From contig CAWGIE010000026.1 of assembly GCA_963822585.1 (NCBI GenBank), positions 96,001 to 160,000 of the forward strand: a DNA stretch of 64,000 bases, given 5' to 3'. The notes beneath the pieces are model-generated. The model made no database searches. It saw nothing but the letters and a program-made list of their open reading frames with translations, and was not told the origin of the DNA. Below, piece by piece: positions 40,383 through 52,475 of the stretch (its first letter is position 1; every line of letters begins with the position of its first letter). The position numbers and the translations under genes were made by a program. The stretch is from an uncultured bacterium. Its GTDB lineage: Bacteria > Auribacterota > Erginobacteria > Erginobacterales > Erginobacteraceae.

Positions 40383-40609
40383 AAATCCTAAATCCTAATA
40401 TCGAAATTCTAAATAATATCAAATGACCAAAATGATAAATTCAAAACAATCGCGCCAAGCGTCGCAATATTTGACCGTTTGATTTTCAGATTTGTTTTGG
40501 ATCTAGGTGGTGGCATTAGGATTTCGGTATTTGGATTTGGGATTTGTTTAGAATTTCGATATTCGGATTTAGAATTTGTTCAGGATTTAGATATTCTGAT
40601 TTAGGATTT
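40383..40609. repeat. Inverted array of AAATYCT/G-like 7-mer repeats, no internal ORF
   Basis: aaatcctaaatcctaatatcgaaattctaaa ... tttagaatttcgatattcggatttagaattt. Confidence 0.75.
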
Positions 40610-40617
40610 GCCGACAG

Positions 40618-42563
40618 ATGGACTTAACCGTCGCGGAAAAGATAATCAAAGATCACCTCGTCTCCGGGAAGATGGTCCCCGGCGAGGAGATCGCCCTCCG
40701 GGTCGATCAGACCCTCACTCAGGACGCCACCGGCACCCTGGCCTATCTGGAGTTCGAAGCGCTTGGCATCCCCCGGGTCAAAACCGAACTCTCGGTCAGC
40801 TACGTCGATCATAACACCCTTCAGGCCGGCTTCGAGAATGCGGACGATCACCGTTTCCTGCAGTCATTCGCCGCCCGATACGGTATTTACTTTTCCCGGC
40901 CCGGCAACGGGATCTGTCACCAGGTCCACCTGGAGCGTTTCGGCCGCCCCGGCGCCGTTCTCCTCGGCTCCGACAGTCATACCCCGACCGCGGGGGGGCT
41001 CGGCATGCTGGCGATCGGTGTCGGCGGCCTGGAGATCGCCGCCGCTCTTTCCGGCCGGCCCTACTCCATGATCACGCCCGGAATTTTCCGGATCCGGCTC
41101 ACGGGTGTCCTCCCTCCCTGGGTCGTCGCCAAGGACATCATCCTCTCCGTCCTGGGGAAAATCGGGGTCAAGGGCGGGGTGGGAAAGATCCTGGAATATG
41201 CCGGTCCCGGGGTGAAGAGTCTTTCCGTACCGGAGCGGGCCACCGTCACCAATATGGGGGCGGAGACGGGGGCGACGACCTCCATCTTTCCCTCCGACGA
41301 AGAGACGCGACTTTTCCTGGCCCGGCAGGGGAGGGGAGCCGTTTTTCGGGAACTCGCCGCCGACCCGGGGGCCGAATACCGGGGGGAGCTGGAGATTGAT
41401 CTTAGCGCCCTGGAACCTCTCATCGCCTGCCCCCATTCCCCGGACAATGTCCGCCCGGTCCGGGAGCTGGCGGGGCGGGAGGTGCAGCAGGTTTGTATCG
41501 GCAGCTGCACCAATTCATCGCTCCGCGACCTGATGACCGTCGCCGCGGTCCTCCGGGGGAAGACGGTCCATCCGCGGACCAGTCTGGTCATCTCTCCGGG
41601 TTCCCGCCAGGTCCTGGAGATGATGGCCCGCCACGGTGCCCTGGCGGACCTGATCGCGGCCGGCGCCCGGGTCCTGGAGACCGCCTGCGGGCCCTGCATC
41701 GGGATGGGACAGGCCCCGCCCAGCGGCGGGGTCAGCCTGCGGACCTATAATCGGAACTTCAAGGGGAGGAGCGGGACCGCCGACGCGGAGGTCTTCCTGG
41801 TCTCCCCGGAGACGGCCGCCGCCTCCGCGCTTGCCGGTCGCATCGCCGATCCCCGGGAACTGGGGAAGGCCCCGGAAGTATCGCTGCCGGAATCTTTTCT
41901 CATCGACGACTCCCAAATTATCCCTCCTTCCCCGGAGCCCGGCACGGTGGCCGTTATCAAGGGGCCGAATATCTCTTCCCTTTCGCCCGGGGAACCGCTT
42001 CCCGATAGCATGAAGGTTTCGGTCTGGCTCCGGACGGGCGACAACGTCACCACCGACGATATCATGCCGGCCGGGGCGAAAGTCCTTCCCTACCGTTCGA
42101 ACATCGAGAAGATTTCGCGGTTTGTCTTCGCCTCCATCGATCCCGATTTTGTTTCCCGGGCGCGCGCGGAGGCGGAAAAAGGTCTCCGGGGGCTGATCGT
42201 GGGGGGGAGAACTACGGTCAGGGATCGTCCCGGGAACACGCCGCCCTGGCCCCGTATTTTCTGGGAATCAGGGCTGTTCTTGCCCGGTCCTTCGCCCGCA
42301 TCCATCGTTCCAATCTCATCAACTTCGGCATCCTTCCCCTCGTTTCCCCGGAAGGGGAGTCGGGGGACGGCCTGGAAACGGGGGACGAACTCTCGTTCCC
42401 CTTCCTCCGCCGGGAGGTTTCGGAAGGGAACACGGTCACCCTGCGTGACACCACCCGCGCCCTAGATTATCGCCTGCTTCTGAAGGTCACGGAACGGGAA
42501 AGGAATATTCTTCTAGCGGGCGGTCTCCTCAACTCAATCATCCGTTCCGGCTCCGCCACCTGA
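40618..42563 (+). CDS. Aconitate hydratase with a frameshift in a G7 run (42201-42207)
   Basis: TQDATGT, GSDSHT, IGSCTN, CGPCIG. The ENYGQGSSREHAA motif continues in another frame to TGA at 42561-42563. Confidence 0.88.
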
Positions 42564-42647
42564 TCCGGCCGAGGGCAGTGATCGTCCTTCCCATCCCACG
42601 GGTATCCTTCTGCCTCGATAGTTCCAAAACGTACAAAAAAGGATAAT

Positions 42648-42806
42648 CACCACGAAGAGCACGAGCCGAGCGCAGTGAGAGGGGTCCCGCTCGCGGGACA
42701 AGGAGCGCAGCGACTGCCCAACGACACGAAGAAAGATATTAAAAAAGATATTAGTGATTATCTGTTTTTCTAAAAATTCTTCATGACCTTCGTGTCCTTC
42801 GTGGTT
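42648..42806. repeat. CACGAAG-type element with the same ~58-bp insert as the 26238 copy
   Basis: gtcccgctcgcgggacaaggagcgcagcgactgcccaacgacacgaag is identical in both copies. Confidence 0.75.
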
Positions 42807-42940
42807 AAAAAGTTGTATCCAGGCGCTATGTTCCTGTTTCGGGATTTCAATAACGTAGTGTGAAGTGGAAGGCGTAAAGCTTTATTACACTTTAAACATT
42901 ACACTTTACACTACAAGTTGCGCCGGAGGCGCAAACTTGT

Positions 42941-44083
42941 ATGTATTTGCCGGCGAAACCCTATCTGAAGCGCGCCCGTCTCCGGGTGTTTGAATACGAT
43001 CCGGGACTGATCCGCCTCCGCCGGGCGGTCCGGATCATTCTCTGCGGTCTGCTCTCGGTCATCCCGGCGGTCCTGATCTCGGCCTTTTCCGGAATCGGAA
43101 GCGCCCTGGCCGAAAGGCCGGGGCCTCTTCTCGACCCCCGTCTGGTCCTCCCTGCCCTTATCACTGCGGTCCTTCTGGCCTCCTCCATCGCCGGAAGTTC
43201 TCCCCGCGCCCGGCAACGGGGGATGCTGCGAAATTTTCTCTGCGCGATCGTGGTCACCATCCCCGCCTCTCTGGTCGTCGAGGGGTCTTTTACTTATGGC
43301 GTGCTCTTCTGTTCCGCCGCCTTCCTCGTTCTCTACCTGCGCCGCTTCGGCCCCTCCTGGAACGGTATCTCCACCATCGGACTGCTCACCCTGGCCCTGG
43401 GCCCCCGCCTCGGAATAACACCCGCTCAGCTTCCCCGTTTCTGGGCAGTCCTCGGCGGCGCGTTCCTGGCCGGTTTTTTTGTCAGCTTCCATCTTCTGCC
43501 CGTGCGCCTGACCCGGGCCCTTCTGGACTGCCTGGCCCGGTTCGTCGCCGCCGCCGCTGCCTCCGTACGGTACCTTCGACTAACCGCCCGGGGACGGGCC
43601 GGGGACCGGGCCGACCTCGTCAAAAAGGCGAAGAAGGAGATGGGCGAGGCGCTCTTCCTCTGGTTCAACATCGCCTCCAAGGTTCTTCCCCGGAAGGACC
43701 CGGCCTGGAATATCCTGGACGAGATTGCCGACTCCCAATTCCGTCTCGGCAACCTGCTCCGGATCGCCCGAAGTGCCCTGGAACATCTTCAGGGAACGGG
43801 GGAAGAGGAAACCCTTCTCCGGGCGGAATCGGTTCTCGGTCAACTTGAATCCGTGCTCGAGGAGGGGAGGCGGGAGCTGGTCCTGGAGGGAGCCATTCAT
43901 CTCGACCTGGATCGGTTCCTGACCTCAGCCCGGAACTTCCGGGAAGAATGGGAATCCCGTCGGGGGCCGATCACCCCCGGGGATATCCAGGCCGGGAGAT
44001 TTGCCGTCGCCATGGGGCAGGCCGCCGCCGTGGTCGGTTCTCTCTCCCGGGAATCCCTGCGGCTGGCGGGGAGGAAAGGATGA
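42941..44083 (+). CDS. FUSC-like membrane protein (N-terminal half)
   Basis: DPGLIRLRRAVR and YLRRFGP motifs, TM helices followed by a helical domain. Confidence 0.65.
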   Translation: MYLPAKPYLKRARLRVFEYDPGLIRLRRAVRIILCGLLSVIPAVLISAFSGIGSALAERPGPLLDPRLVLPALITAVLLASSIAGSSPRARQRGMLRNFLCAIVVTIPASLVVEGSFTYGVLFCSAAFLVLYLRRFGPSWNGISTIGLLTLALGPRLGITPAQLPRFWAVLGGAFLAGFFVSFHLLPVRLTRALLDCLARFVAAAAASVRYLRLTARGRAGDRADLVKKAKKEMGEALFLWFNIASKVLPRKDPAWNILDEIADSQFRLGNLLRIARSALEHLQGTGEEETLLRAESVLGQLESVLEEGRRELVLEGAIHLDLDRFLTSARNFREEWESRRGPITPGDIQAGRFAVAMGQAAAVVGSLSRESLRLAGRKG

Positions 44084-45198
44084 AAATATTCCATCTCCGT
44101 CCGACGACCCGGCTGGCGATCCAGGGAACGGTCGCCGTCGGTCTGGTCCTCTTCGTCGACTCACTGCTCGGGCTGCAGCGGCCCTACTGGGGAGCGCTGA
44201 TGGCCGTGGTGGTGATCGCGGGGTCGTGGGGCGAGAATCTGGGCAAGCTCAAGCAGCTTCTCCTGGGAACGCTGGGGGCGGTGGCGGGATCACTGGCCTT
44301 CCTGGTCCTGGTCGGGCGCCATCCCGGAACGGTGGCGGCCGTTTCTTTAGCCTGTCTCTTCCTCTGGGCCTATTACGCGCCCGTTTCCTATACCGCCTCC
44401 TGCGCCTGGATGGGGGCCTTCGCCATCATCACCATCACCTTCCTGCAGGGAGGGGAACACCAGGTTGCCCTCCTTCGGGGGGGACAGGTGATTATCGGGG
44501 GAGGGCTGGGAATCCTGGTTTCCGCCTTCGTCCTCCCGGTCGGAATCGGGGGTGACCTGGCCCGGCAGATCGCCGACCTCGATGATTTCCTGCGGAAAAC
44601 CGTTTGCCGTAACTTCGCCTCTTTCGCCGGAGTGCCGGCGGAGTCTCCCCGCTCCTCCGCCACCGAGATCGGCCGCCGTCTTGTAAAACTGACCGAGACC
44701 GGAAGAACGGCCGTCAACGAGTATATTATCTTCCCCGCCCGGCGCCGGGAACTGGCCGCCCGTCTTGATACCGTCCGCCGCCTTAGTTCTTATACCATCG
44801 GGCTGCTGGAAAGCCTGGCAGCCTGCCGGGGCGGCGAGCTCACCCCGGGGATGCGCGAGGTCTTTTCCACTGCCGCCGCCCTCATCGACCGGGCGTTTGC
44901 CCGCGGCTCCTGCGCGGGGGGGGATGTCTTTTCTCCGGAAGGGGAACTCGCCGTCCTCCGGGATCTTTTTACCGAGGAAGTAAGCAGGAAGGGGAAGGAC
45001 TTCCCCCGCCGGGACCTCGCCCCCTATCTGATGCTCTTCTATTACATCCGGGGCATCGTCGAGACCGCCGGAAATGTCCCCTGCGGCCTGGCCGCCCACC
45101 CCGAGGGCCATACCGGTGGCCTTCACCCCCCCCCGTCCCTGATTGGTTCCCTCCCATTTTATATGGGAAAAGCCACTGCGACGCATCAAACAAAATGA
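44080..45198 (+). CDS. FUSC family membrane protein (C-terminal half)
   Basis: LRPTTRLAIQ, RPYWGAL, TM helices; ATGA overlap with the upstream gene. Confidence 0.7.
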   Translation: MKIFHLRPTTRLAIQGTVAVGLVLFVDSLLGLQRPYWGALMAVVVIAGSWGENLGKLKQLLLGTLGAVAGSLAFLVLVGRHPGTVAAVSLACLFLWAYYAPVSYTASCAWMGAFAIITITFLQGGEHQVALLRGGQVIIGGGLGILVSAFVLPVGIGGDLARQIADLDDFLRKTVCRNFASFAGVPAESPRSSATEIGRRLVKLTETGRTAVNEYIIFPARRRELAARLDTVRRLSSYTIGLLESLAACRGGELTPGMREVFSTAAALIDRAFARGSCAGGDVFSPEGELAVLRDLFTEEVSRKGKDFPRRDLAPYLMLFYYIRGIVETAGNVPCGLAAHPEGHTGGLHPPPSLIGSLPFYMGKATATHQTK

Positions 45199-45326
45199 GC
45201 GCCGGAGGCGCTAATTTACACAGACAGGAATGTCTGTGTCACTCTGCAGTTATACATCATGCTGTCCTTCTTCCCCGATCTTTCCTTCGTGTTCTTCGTG
45301 TCCTTCGTGGTAAATTATACCCCGTT

Positions 45327-48300
45327 ATGGAAGATCTACTGGCATCGGTTGATGGGTCCTCGGAGTTTCGCCTCTTCCTCGAAGCCTGGGAATCGGGGGC
45401 TGACCTGCGGGCGCTCCGGGCGGTTGGATCGTCGCCCGGGTTTATCGTCGCCCGGGCGTACCGGGAGTCGCCGCGGTCTTTTCTCCTGATCGCCGGCGGG
45501 GAGAGGGCGGCGGAGCGTCTTGGCCGGGAAATGGAAGGTTTTCTGGGCGAAGGGCCGGTTGTCTTCCCGCCGGAAGAGATGCTGCCGGGCGATCCGCCGC
45601 GCCCCGACCCGGTGATTCAGGCGGAACGGCTGGCCATCCTCGCCCGGCTCGCCGATCCGGACGTCCCTTCTTTCCCCCTGATCGCCTCCCCCGGCGCGCT
45701 GAGTTCCAACCTCCCCTCGCCGGAAGACTGCCGGGCTTCCGTCATCCGGCTCTCCCCCGCCGACGATCTGGCGCCGGCCGCGCTGCTGGAAATGCTGGTC
45801 GCCCGGGGATATGAATACCAGGACCCGGTCATGGAACGGGGGCGGTTCGCCCGCCGGGGAGGAGTGGTCGACCTCTTCCCGGGGAATGCCGATCATCCCC
45901 TTCGGGTGGAATTCGACGGGGATCTGGTCGCCTCTCTGAGGAAATTCGACCCTCAGGCCCAGCGTTCGATCGGCCCGGTGGAAAAAATGGAGATATTCCC
46001 TCTGTCCGGCGCCGGGCAGGCGGCCCTTTTTGACTACCTCCCCCACGATTGCCGGCTGATCTGGGCCGCCGGCGTTCTCCCCGACGATCAGGTTGAGTTC
46101 GAGCGGCGCCGGCACGGGCGCCCCGCGATCTTCTTTTTCCCCGACGCTCTGATCGGGGAGGCAAGCGGTCTCCCCTCCGGGGCGGAAATCCGGTTCTCCA
46201 TCAGTACCCTGGAGAGATTTAAGTACCGGGATATCGGGATGCCCTATCCACTCCTGGACGCGCTTCCCGAGTTCCTCGCCGGGGGGTATCGTATTTTGAT
46301 CTACGCCCACAACCCCGGTGAAGCCGATCGGCTGGAGGAGATCCTGAAGGATCGGGGGATCGATCCGGGGCCGGATCTCCGCCTGAGCATCGGTGAGCTG
46401 ACGGAAGGTTTTATCTGGGAGGACCCCCGCCTGGTGGTGATGGGTGATAGCGAGATCTTTTCCCGGTATCGGATTCCCCGTCCCCGGCAGAAATACACCG
46501 GCACCACGACCGGCCTTCCCCGGGTGGAATTCTATCCCGGGGATTACGTCGTCCACCTCGATCACGGGATCGGGAAGTTCCTGGGGATCAAGCAGGTGAC
46601 TGTCGCCGGCCGCTGCCGGGAGATGCTCGTCATTCGGTACGCGGAGAAGGCCCGCCTCTACCTGGACCTGACCCAGTCCCACCTGCTCAGCCGATATATG
46701 GGCGCGGGGAAAGCCCGGCCCAAGATGGACCGGCTGGGTGGCGGCCGCTGGCTCAGGGCCAAGATCGCCGCTGAGCGGTCGGTCCACGACCTGGCGGGGG
46801 AGATGCTTGAGCTCCAGGCTCACCGGGCGGCCATGCGGGGCCATTGTTTCCCACCCGATACCGCCTGGCAGAACGAGTTCGAAGCCGCCTTCATCTATCC
46901 CGAGACGCCGGAGCAATCCCGGGCCGTGGCCGAGATCAAACGGGATATGGAATCTCCTCGGCCGATGGACCGGCTCCTCTGCGGCGACGTCGGCTACGGG
47001 AAGACCGAGGTCGCCGTCCGGGCGGCTTTCAAGACGGTGATGGACGGTCTGCAGGCGGCGGTCCTGGTCCCGACCACGGTCCTGGCCCAGCAGCACACCC
47101 GGACCTTCCGGGACCGGATGTCGGACTACCCGGTGCGGGTGGAGATGCTCTCCCGGCTGATCACGCCGGAGGAACAGACCGGCATCCTGGCCGATCTGGC
47201 GGCCGGAAAGGTTGACATCGTGATCGGGACCCACCGGCTTCTTCAGGACGACGTTGCCTTCAGCGATCTCGGCCTGGTCATCATCGACGAGGAACAGCGT
47301 TTCGGCGTCCGCCACAAGGAAAAGTTGAAGCGGATGAAAAAGCTGGTCGACGTTCTCACCCTGACCGCCACCCCCATCCCCCGGACCCTCTACCTCTCCC
47401 TGACCGGCGCCCGCGATCTCAGCTCCATCACCACCCCCCCCCAGGACCGGCTGGCGGTGGAGACCCGGGTCATCTCCTACAACCCGGAGACGGTGAAACA
47501 TGCCGTTCGTCGCGAGGCGGAGCGCGGCGGACAGATCTTCTATCTCCACAACCGGGTCCGGGACATCGAACAGGTCCGCCGCCGTCTCGAGACCTGGTTT
47601 CCGAAACTGAGGATCGCCTCCGCCCACGGCCGGATGGGGGAGGAGGAGCTGGCGGCGGTGATGGATCTCTTCGCCGGCGGTGGGATCGATCTCCTCGTCT
47701 GCACCACCATCATCGAGTCGGGCCTCGATATCCCCAACGCCAACACTCTGATCGTGGAGAATGCCCACCGGTTCGGACTGGCCGACCTCTATCAGCTCCG
47801 GGGGAGAGTAGGGCGGTTCAAGCACCGGGCCTACGCCTATTTTTTCTACCCGCCCGCCGTTTATCTGGAGGATGCCGCCCGGAAACGCCTGAGGGCGATC
47901 GAAGAGTTTTCCCATCTCGGGGCCGGTTACGGCCTGGCCCTCCGCGACCTCGAGATCCGGGGCGCCGGGAATATTCTGGGCCGGCAGCAGCACGGCCACA
48001 TCGCCGCCGTCGGCTTCGATCTTTATTGCCGTCTCCTGCAAGAGAGCATCGCCCGGCTCCGGGGAGATGAGTTGAAGCCGCCGCCGAAAGTCTCGATCGA
48101 GTTCACCCTCCCGATCTCCCTCGCCCTTGACTATACCGGGACCGAGAGCCAGCGGATCGAGATTTACCGGGATTGGGCGGCGATCGCCGGCCGCGAGGAG
48201 ATCGGAAAGTGGCTGGCCGCTCTCCGCGACCGGTTCGGTCCGCCGCCGCTCGAAGCGGAGCTTCTGGCCAAGGTGGCGGAGTTAAAACTGGCCGCGGCCA

Positions 48301-48455
48301 AGAAAGGGATCACCTCCATCCGGTGGATCGAGGGGAGATACGCCTTCTTCCGGGGGGAGGAGATTCTCCGCGCCTGGCCGGGCGCCCCCCCCGATTCCCC
48401 GGAAGCCCTCACCCGGTTCATTAAAGAGGCGATGGTTAGATGCCGTGAACTTTGA
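45327..48455 (+). CDS. mfd: Transcription-repair coupling factor
   Basis: [53 protein letters not shown]. Confidence 0.97.
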   Translation: MEDLLASVDGSSEFRLFLEAWESGADLRALRAVGSSPGFIVARAYRESPRSFLLIAGGERAAERLGREMEGFLGEGPVVFPPEEMLPGDPPRPDPVIQAERLAILARLADPDVPSFPLIASPGALSSNLPSPEDCRASVIRLSPADDLAPAALLEMLVARGYEYQDPVMERGRFARRGGVVDLFPGNADHPLRVEFDGDLVASLRKFDPQAQRSIGPVEKMEIFPLSGAGQAALFDYLPHDCRLIWAAGVLPDDQVEFERRRHGRPAIFFFPDALIGEASGLPSGAEIRFSISTLERFKYRDIGMPYPLLDALPEFLAGGYRILIYAHNPGEADRLEEILKDRGIDPGPDLRLSIGELTEGFIWEDPRLVVMGDSEIFSRYRIPRPRQKYTGTTTGLPRVEFYPGDYVVHLDHGIGKFLGIKQVTVAGRCREMLVIRYAEKARLYLDLTQSHLLSRYMGAGKARPKMDRLGGGRWLRAKIAAERSVHDLAGEMLELQAHRAAMRGHCFPPDTAWQNEFEAAFIYPETPEQSRAVAEIKRDMESPRPMDRLLCGDVGYGKTEVAVRAAFKTVMDGLQAAVLVPTTVLAQQHTRTFRDRMSDYPVRVEMLSRLITPEEQTGILADLAAGKVDIVIGTHRLLQDDVAFSDLGLVIIDEEQRFGVRHKEKLKRMKKLVDVLTLTATPIPRTLYLSLTGARDLSSITTPPQDRLAVETRVISYNPETVKHAVRREAERGGQIFYLHNRVRDIEQVRRRLETWFPKLRIASAHGRMGEEELAAVMDLFAGGGIDLLVCTTIIESGLDIPNANTLIVENAHRFGLADLYQLRGRVGRFKHRAYAYFFYPPAVYLEDAARKRLRAIEEFSHLGAGYGLALRDLEIRGAGNILGRQQHGHIAAVGFDLYCRLLQESIARLRGDELKPPPKVSIEFTLPISLALDYTGTESQRIEIYRDWAAIAGREEIGKWLAALRDRFGPPPLEAELLAKVAELKLAAAKKGITSIRWIEGRYAFFRGEEILRAWPGAPPDSPEALTRFIKEAMVRCREL

Positions 48456-48685
48456 TACAAAAAGAGTTGTCTGCCATTTAATTGGGCAAATGATTGTAAT
48501 CAGAAGATCATTAACATTTCCAATCGAGTATTCTTTTTCACTGGGGTAAAAAAATAAACCTGTCTTCAAAAAAAATTACCGCCGATGTCACGTTCGCGGT
48601 CTTCCTGGCCGTCTTTGTCTGGGTCGCCTTTGTCGCGTATCAGAAAGGGTGGCACGGCCTGGCCGTTGTCTTCGGTGCCGGCTCT

Positions 48686-49291
48686 GTGCTAGCGGCCGGC
48701 GTCTTTGTGGTTCTGCGCCGGCGGGCGCCGGCGAAAGACGATTACGTGCATTTCGAACAGTACTGCGCCGAGAACCGTTACGAAAAATCCGACTTCGGTG
48801 TCCTTGCTCCGGAGATCCTGAAAAGATCCCATTACCTGTCAAGAAGAGGAAGATATTCCCTTCTCTATACCAATTCGTCGCGGCGGCTCAGGCACATCGC
48901 GGCCCTGACGCGGACCGACCACCGCAATAGCTACGGGGTATTGCCTGAATACACGGTCTTTATGGTGGAGGGAAAAGCGACCTACTGCGATCATTGCCTG
49001 GCTTTTCCCCGGAAAAGCCGGGAAAGCCGCGCTTTCGCCGTTATCCACGGGGAGGGGTTCAACACCTCCGACCGGCACCCCGATATCCGGTTTTATTCTG
49101 TCGAACCAGCCCTGCCGGAGAAGACGGTGCAGATTGTCGCCGACATCATCGGTCGATTGGAGCTGAAGGAGATCGGCATCGAATGCTTCGGCCCCTGGCT
49201 TATGGTTGTTATCCCGCAGATCCCCGACCGCCGTACAGGCGCCGGCATTTTTGATGTTCTTCAATTTGGTAATAATGGAAGGGAGCCATAA
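48686..49291 (+). CDS. Hypothetical membrane-anchored protein (start uncertain, possibly degraded)
   Basis: The frame stays open upstream through hydrophobic segments to about 48556 without an ATG. Confidence 0.5.
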   Translation: MLAAGVFVVLRRRAPAKDDYVHFEQYCAENRYEKSDFGVLAPEILKRSHYLSRRGRYSLLYTNSSRRLRHIAALTRTDHRNSYGVLPEYTVFMVEGKATYCDHCLAFPRKSRESRAFAVIHGEGFNTSDRHPDIRFYSVEPALPEKTVQIVADIIGRLELKEIGIECFGPWLMVVIPQIPDRRTGAGIFDVLQFGNNGREP

Positions 49292-49362
49292 ATATAAACA
49301 ATAAATTTAAGATTTTTTATCAAAGGCCACTGATTCAATTATCATCTATATGGTAAGCTATA

Positions 49363-49803
49363 TTGCATGAAATAAAAATCCGAAGCCCCCTTATTTATTT
49401 GTTGGCTATGAGCGTTTCTTTTCTCCTGCCCATAACAGCTGTCAGAGCGCAATCTGTAACTTATCCTGCCGCGGCTACTGAATGGCACCATGGCCAAACC
49501 AATACGCACGTGGACTGGACAACGGGAGGATTTTATCCCTGGGAAGAGTTGTCTGTGGAGTTATACCGGTACATCGGCGGTATCACTCCTTATGAATACG
49601 TGGATCAGTACTGCGACAATACGGAAAACGACGGGACGGTGACGAGAACAGATCCTGTACCCGTATCCTGGGGGACGGTTCTCTATTGGGTTGAGGCGTC
49701 CTTTTTTGGGGCGTGCAGAGATAAGGAAGTGGGATGGAGGAGGTACTTTAGTGGGGTCTACGGTAGGGGGATTTTGGGAGATTTACTGCTATTTCAAACT
49801 TGA
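49363..49803 (+). pseudogene. Truncated secreted protein
   Basis: Signal peptide and VTYP....WHHG...VDW start typical of extracellular domains; coding character fades after about 49676. Confidence 0.45.
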
Positions 49804-49913
49804 TATTAAGTATCTTGCATCCATGCAGTCCAGATTCCAGCTTAGTACACGCACTTCGGCAGAGCCAGAGAGATCATTACTAGAAGGGATAATATCAAAG
49901 GGGAGACTTTTAG

Positions 49914-51255
49914 GGTTCCTCGCTATTTTCAGTGGCCCAAGAGTTCGGTATAAGGCATCATCTTATGCATGAAGACACCAGAAAAGTTGTTCAGTGAGTT
50001 GTTGGGTTTGGGCCCGGCGTGGGCAGTTGAGGATGCGACATTCAAGGCCGAGAATAATATCGTAGAATTGCGCGTTAAAGAGACGCCTGAACTTTGGAAG
50101 ATAGAACGCTGCCCTCACGATGGAAGCGATGGCGTGACCTGCCATGATCACATACGAGGGCTTCGGTGGCGACATTTGAATGTGTTCAACAAGGAAGTTG
50201 AAATCGTCTGTGATCTGCCAAGAGGGAAGTGTCCAAAGTGCGGAAAAGTATGGCGGGTGACCCCACCTTGGGAAGGACGGGCGAAGCATTTTACGAAAGA
50301 GTTCGAAGCCTTCGCCCTGACCTTGATGCGGGAGATGCCGGTTAAAAAGGCCGCGGAGATTCTTGGCGAGCAAGACACCAGGATGTGGCGGGTTGTGAGT
50401 GCCTATGTGGAAGAGGCGTACAAGAGAGTGGATATGTCGGATGTTGTTTCCGTCGGGGTTGATGAGATGTCTCGATCGAAGGGGCATCGCTACCTGACGG
50501 TGTTTGCCGATTTGGTGCTCAAGCGAGTGCTGTTTGCCACCCCAGGTAAAGACAGCGAGACGTGGGCGGAGTTTACCAATGCGTTGGAGGACCATAAGGG
50601 GAAAGCGGAATCGCTTACGAGCGTATCTATGGATATGAGCAAGGCCTATGCGAAGGGAGTGCGCGAGAACTGCAGCAATGCCCGGATAGTCTACGACAAG
50701 TTTCACGTGATTGCCCATGCCAACAAAGCGGTGGATCTTGTCCGCCAGAGCGAATCCCAGAGTGGGCGCCCGATAGTCCGGGAGACATTGGCCAAGAGTC
50801 GTTGGATCTGGCTGAAGAACCCGGAAAATCTGACCAAGAAACAGAAAGCCCGGTTGAAGCGGATTGATCAGGATATGCTGCTGACCGGAAGAGCATACCA
50901 GATGCGGCTGGCGCTGCAGGAGATTTACCGGCTCGGTTCTGTCACTGAGGCGGCCAAGCGATTTGGAGAATGGTGCCGCTGGGTTCAACGAGAAGCTCGC
51001 AAAACCAGCCGATGGCTTCTTTACCATATGTCCCAGGTTGCCGATATGATCGAATCCCACATCGCAGGAATCCTGGCACACTGGAATCAGGGTGTGACCA
51101 ATGCTTTTATGGAAGGGATTAATAGTGTTTTCTCCGCTGTTCGACGCAAGGCTCGTGGGTATCGAAGCTCCCGGAATATGATTACTATGCTCTACTTTGT
51201 CGCCGGCAAACTTCCTTCACCTGCTGAACTCAGCCACTGAAAATAGCGAGGAACC
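49914..51255 (+). mobile_element. ISL3 family insertion sequence, complete
   Basis: Perfect 23-bp terminal IRs GGTTCCTCGCTATTTTCAGTGGC; 8-bp target duplication ACTTTTAG (49906-49913, 51256-51263). Confidence 0.96.
49969..51240 (+). CDS. ISL3 family transposase
   Basis: Zn-finger cysteines, GVDE, SMDMS..Y, DKFHV, TNAFMEGIN, RKARGYR. Confidence 0.96.
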   Translation: MKTPEKLFSELLGLGPAWAVEDATFKAENNIVELRVKETPELWKIERCPHDGSDGVTCHDHIRGLRWRHLNVFNKEVEIVCDLPRGKCPKCGKVWRVTPPWEGRAKHFTKEFEAFALTLMREMPVKKAAEILGEQDTRMWRVVSAYVEEAYKRVDMSDVVSVGVDEMSRSKGHRYLTVFADLVLKRVLFATPGKDSETWAEFTNALEDHKGKAESLTSVSMDMSKAYAKGVRENCSNARIVYDKFHVIAHANKAVDLVRQSESQSGRPIVRETLAKSRWIWLKNPENLTKKQKARLKRIDQDMLLTGRAYQMRLALQEIYRLGSVTEAAKRFGEWCRWVQREARKTSRWLLYHMSQVADMIESHIAGILAHWNQGVTNAFMEGINSVFSAVRRKARGYRSSRNMITMLYFVAGKLPSPAELSH

Positions 51256-51479
51256 ACTTTTAGAGAAAGGTATTTTTATAACTAGAGGAGAAGCGTAAAC
51301 TTTGTACAAAAGACAGATGTTTTTACCTGACTAAACTATCCAAAGTAAAATGGCCTAAGTTGTCCAGAAAGCTCTGAAGACATACAGTATCTAGGAAAAA
51401 TTCCGAAGCAGAACGTAGTCCTCAATGAGTTCGGATTTAGAGGTTGTGGTTGCCCCGGAAATAGCAAAAGGAGGTCCGT

Positions 51480-52475
51480 ATGGATGTCAACCAGTCGGAT
51501 GATATAATCCTGGCAATAAAAAAGATACTCAGCAAGAAAAGAGGGAAACTTATCCCCATCGCGATTATCGGTCTGCTGATATTGATCGGCTTAACCGGAA
51601 CTTATTATACCATTGATGCCGATGAAGTGGGTGTGGTCCTGCGCTTTGGAAGATACATTGCTTCCACTCCCCCGGGGCTCCATTTCAAGCTCCCCTTTGG
51701 CATTGACAAAGTAACTCCGATAAAAATCCAGCGCATCTTTACCGAAGAGTTCGGGTTCAGAACGTTACAGGCGGGCCGTAAGACAAAATATTCGGATCGC
51801 CCTTATCTGGAAGAATCCCTGATGCTCACCGGCGATCTTAATATCCTTGATGTCCGTTGGATTGTCCAGTACCGGATAGCGGATCCGATCAAGTATCTTT
51901 TCTCTACCAGAAATCCTATAAATAATATCCGGGATATATCCGAAGTAGTGATGAGAAGGTTGGTCGGCGACTACAGTGTCGATGAAGTCCTGACCACCAA
52001 TCGGGTGGAGATCAATGATCTGGCCCAGAGGGGGGTACAGGAAATTTTAGACGACTATGAAACCGGGATTCAAGTGGTTACCGTCAAGCTCCAGGATGTC
52101 AATCCTCCCGACAAGGTCAAACCGGCTTTCAATGAAGTCAACCAGGCCAAACAGGAGAAAGAGCGATTGGTCAATCAAGCCTGGGAAGCCTACAACAAAG
52201 TGGTCCCCAAAGCCCGGGGTGAAGCAGAGAGAACTATCAGAGAAGCCGAAGGATACTCGGTAGACAAGATCAACCGGGCGCAGGGGGATGTGGAAAGGTT
52301 TTTAGCGGTACTGGCTGAGTACAAGAAAGCGCCGGAAATAACTAAAAAGAGGATGTATCTAGAAAATATGTCGGAGGTTATTCCACAAGCGCGTCGGAAG
52401 TATGTCGTAGACCCGAAGCAATCCTCGATATTACCCCTTCTGAATGTCGGTCTTGAAGAAGGAGGTCAAAAATGA
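51480..52475 (+). CDS. hflK: FtsH protease modulator HflK
   Basis: SPFH domain, MLTGDLN, PPDKVKPAFNEV, PKARGEA; followed by hflC. Confidence 0.93.
   Translation: MDVNQSDDIILAIKKILSKKRGKLIPIAIIGLLILIGLTGTYYTIDADEVGVVLRFGRYIASTPPGLHFKLPFGIDKVTPIKIQRIFTEEFGFRTLQAGRKTKYSDRPYLEESLMLTGDLNILDVRWIVQYRIADPIKYLFSTRNPINNIRDISEVVMRRLVGDYSVDEVLTTNRVEINDLAQRGVQEILDDYETGIQVVTVKLQDVNPPDKVKPAFNEVNQAKQEKERLVNQAWEAYNKVVPKARGEAERTIREAEGYSVDKINRAQGDVERFLAVLAEYKKAPEITKKRMYLENMSEVIPQARRKYVVDPKQSSILPLLNVGLEEGGQK

Noticed and set aside
45336..48041. 901-aa antisense ORF and similar long shadow ORFs (4032..5708, 35162..36262, 28350..29402)
   Set aside because: They lie opposite well-supported genes in GC-rich DNA and have no recognisable motifs.
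49677..49700. Second IS end (ggttctctattgggttga) at the truncation point of the secreted gene
   Set aside because: No matching inverted partner or target duplication was found in the window.
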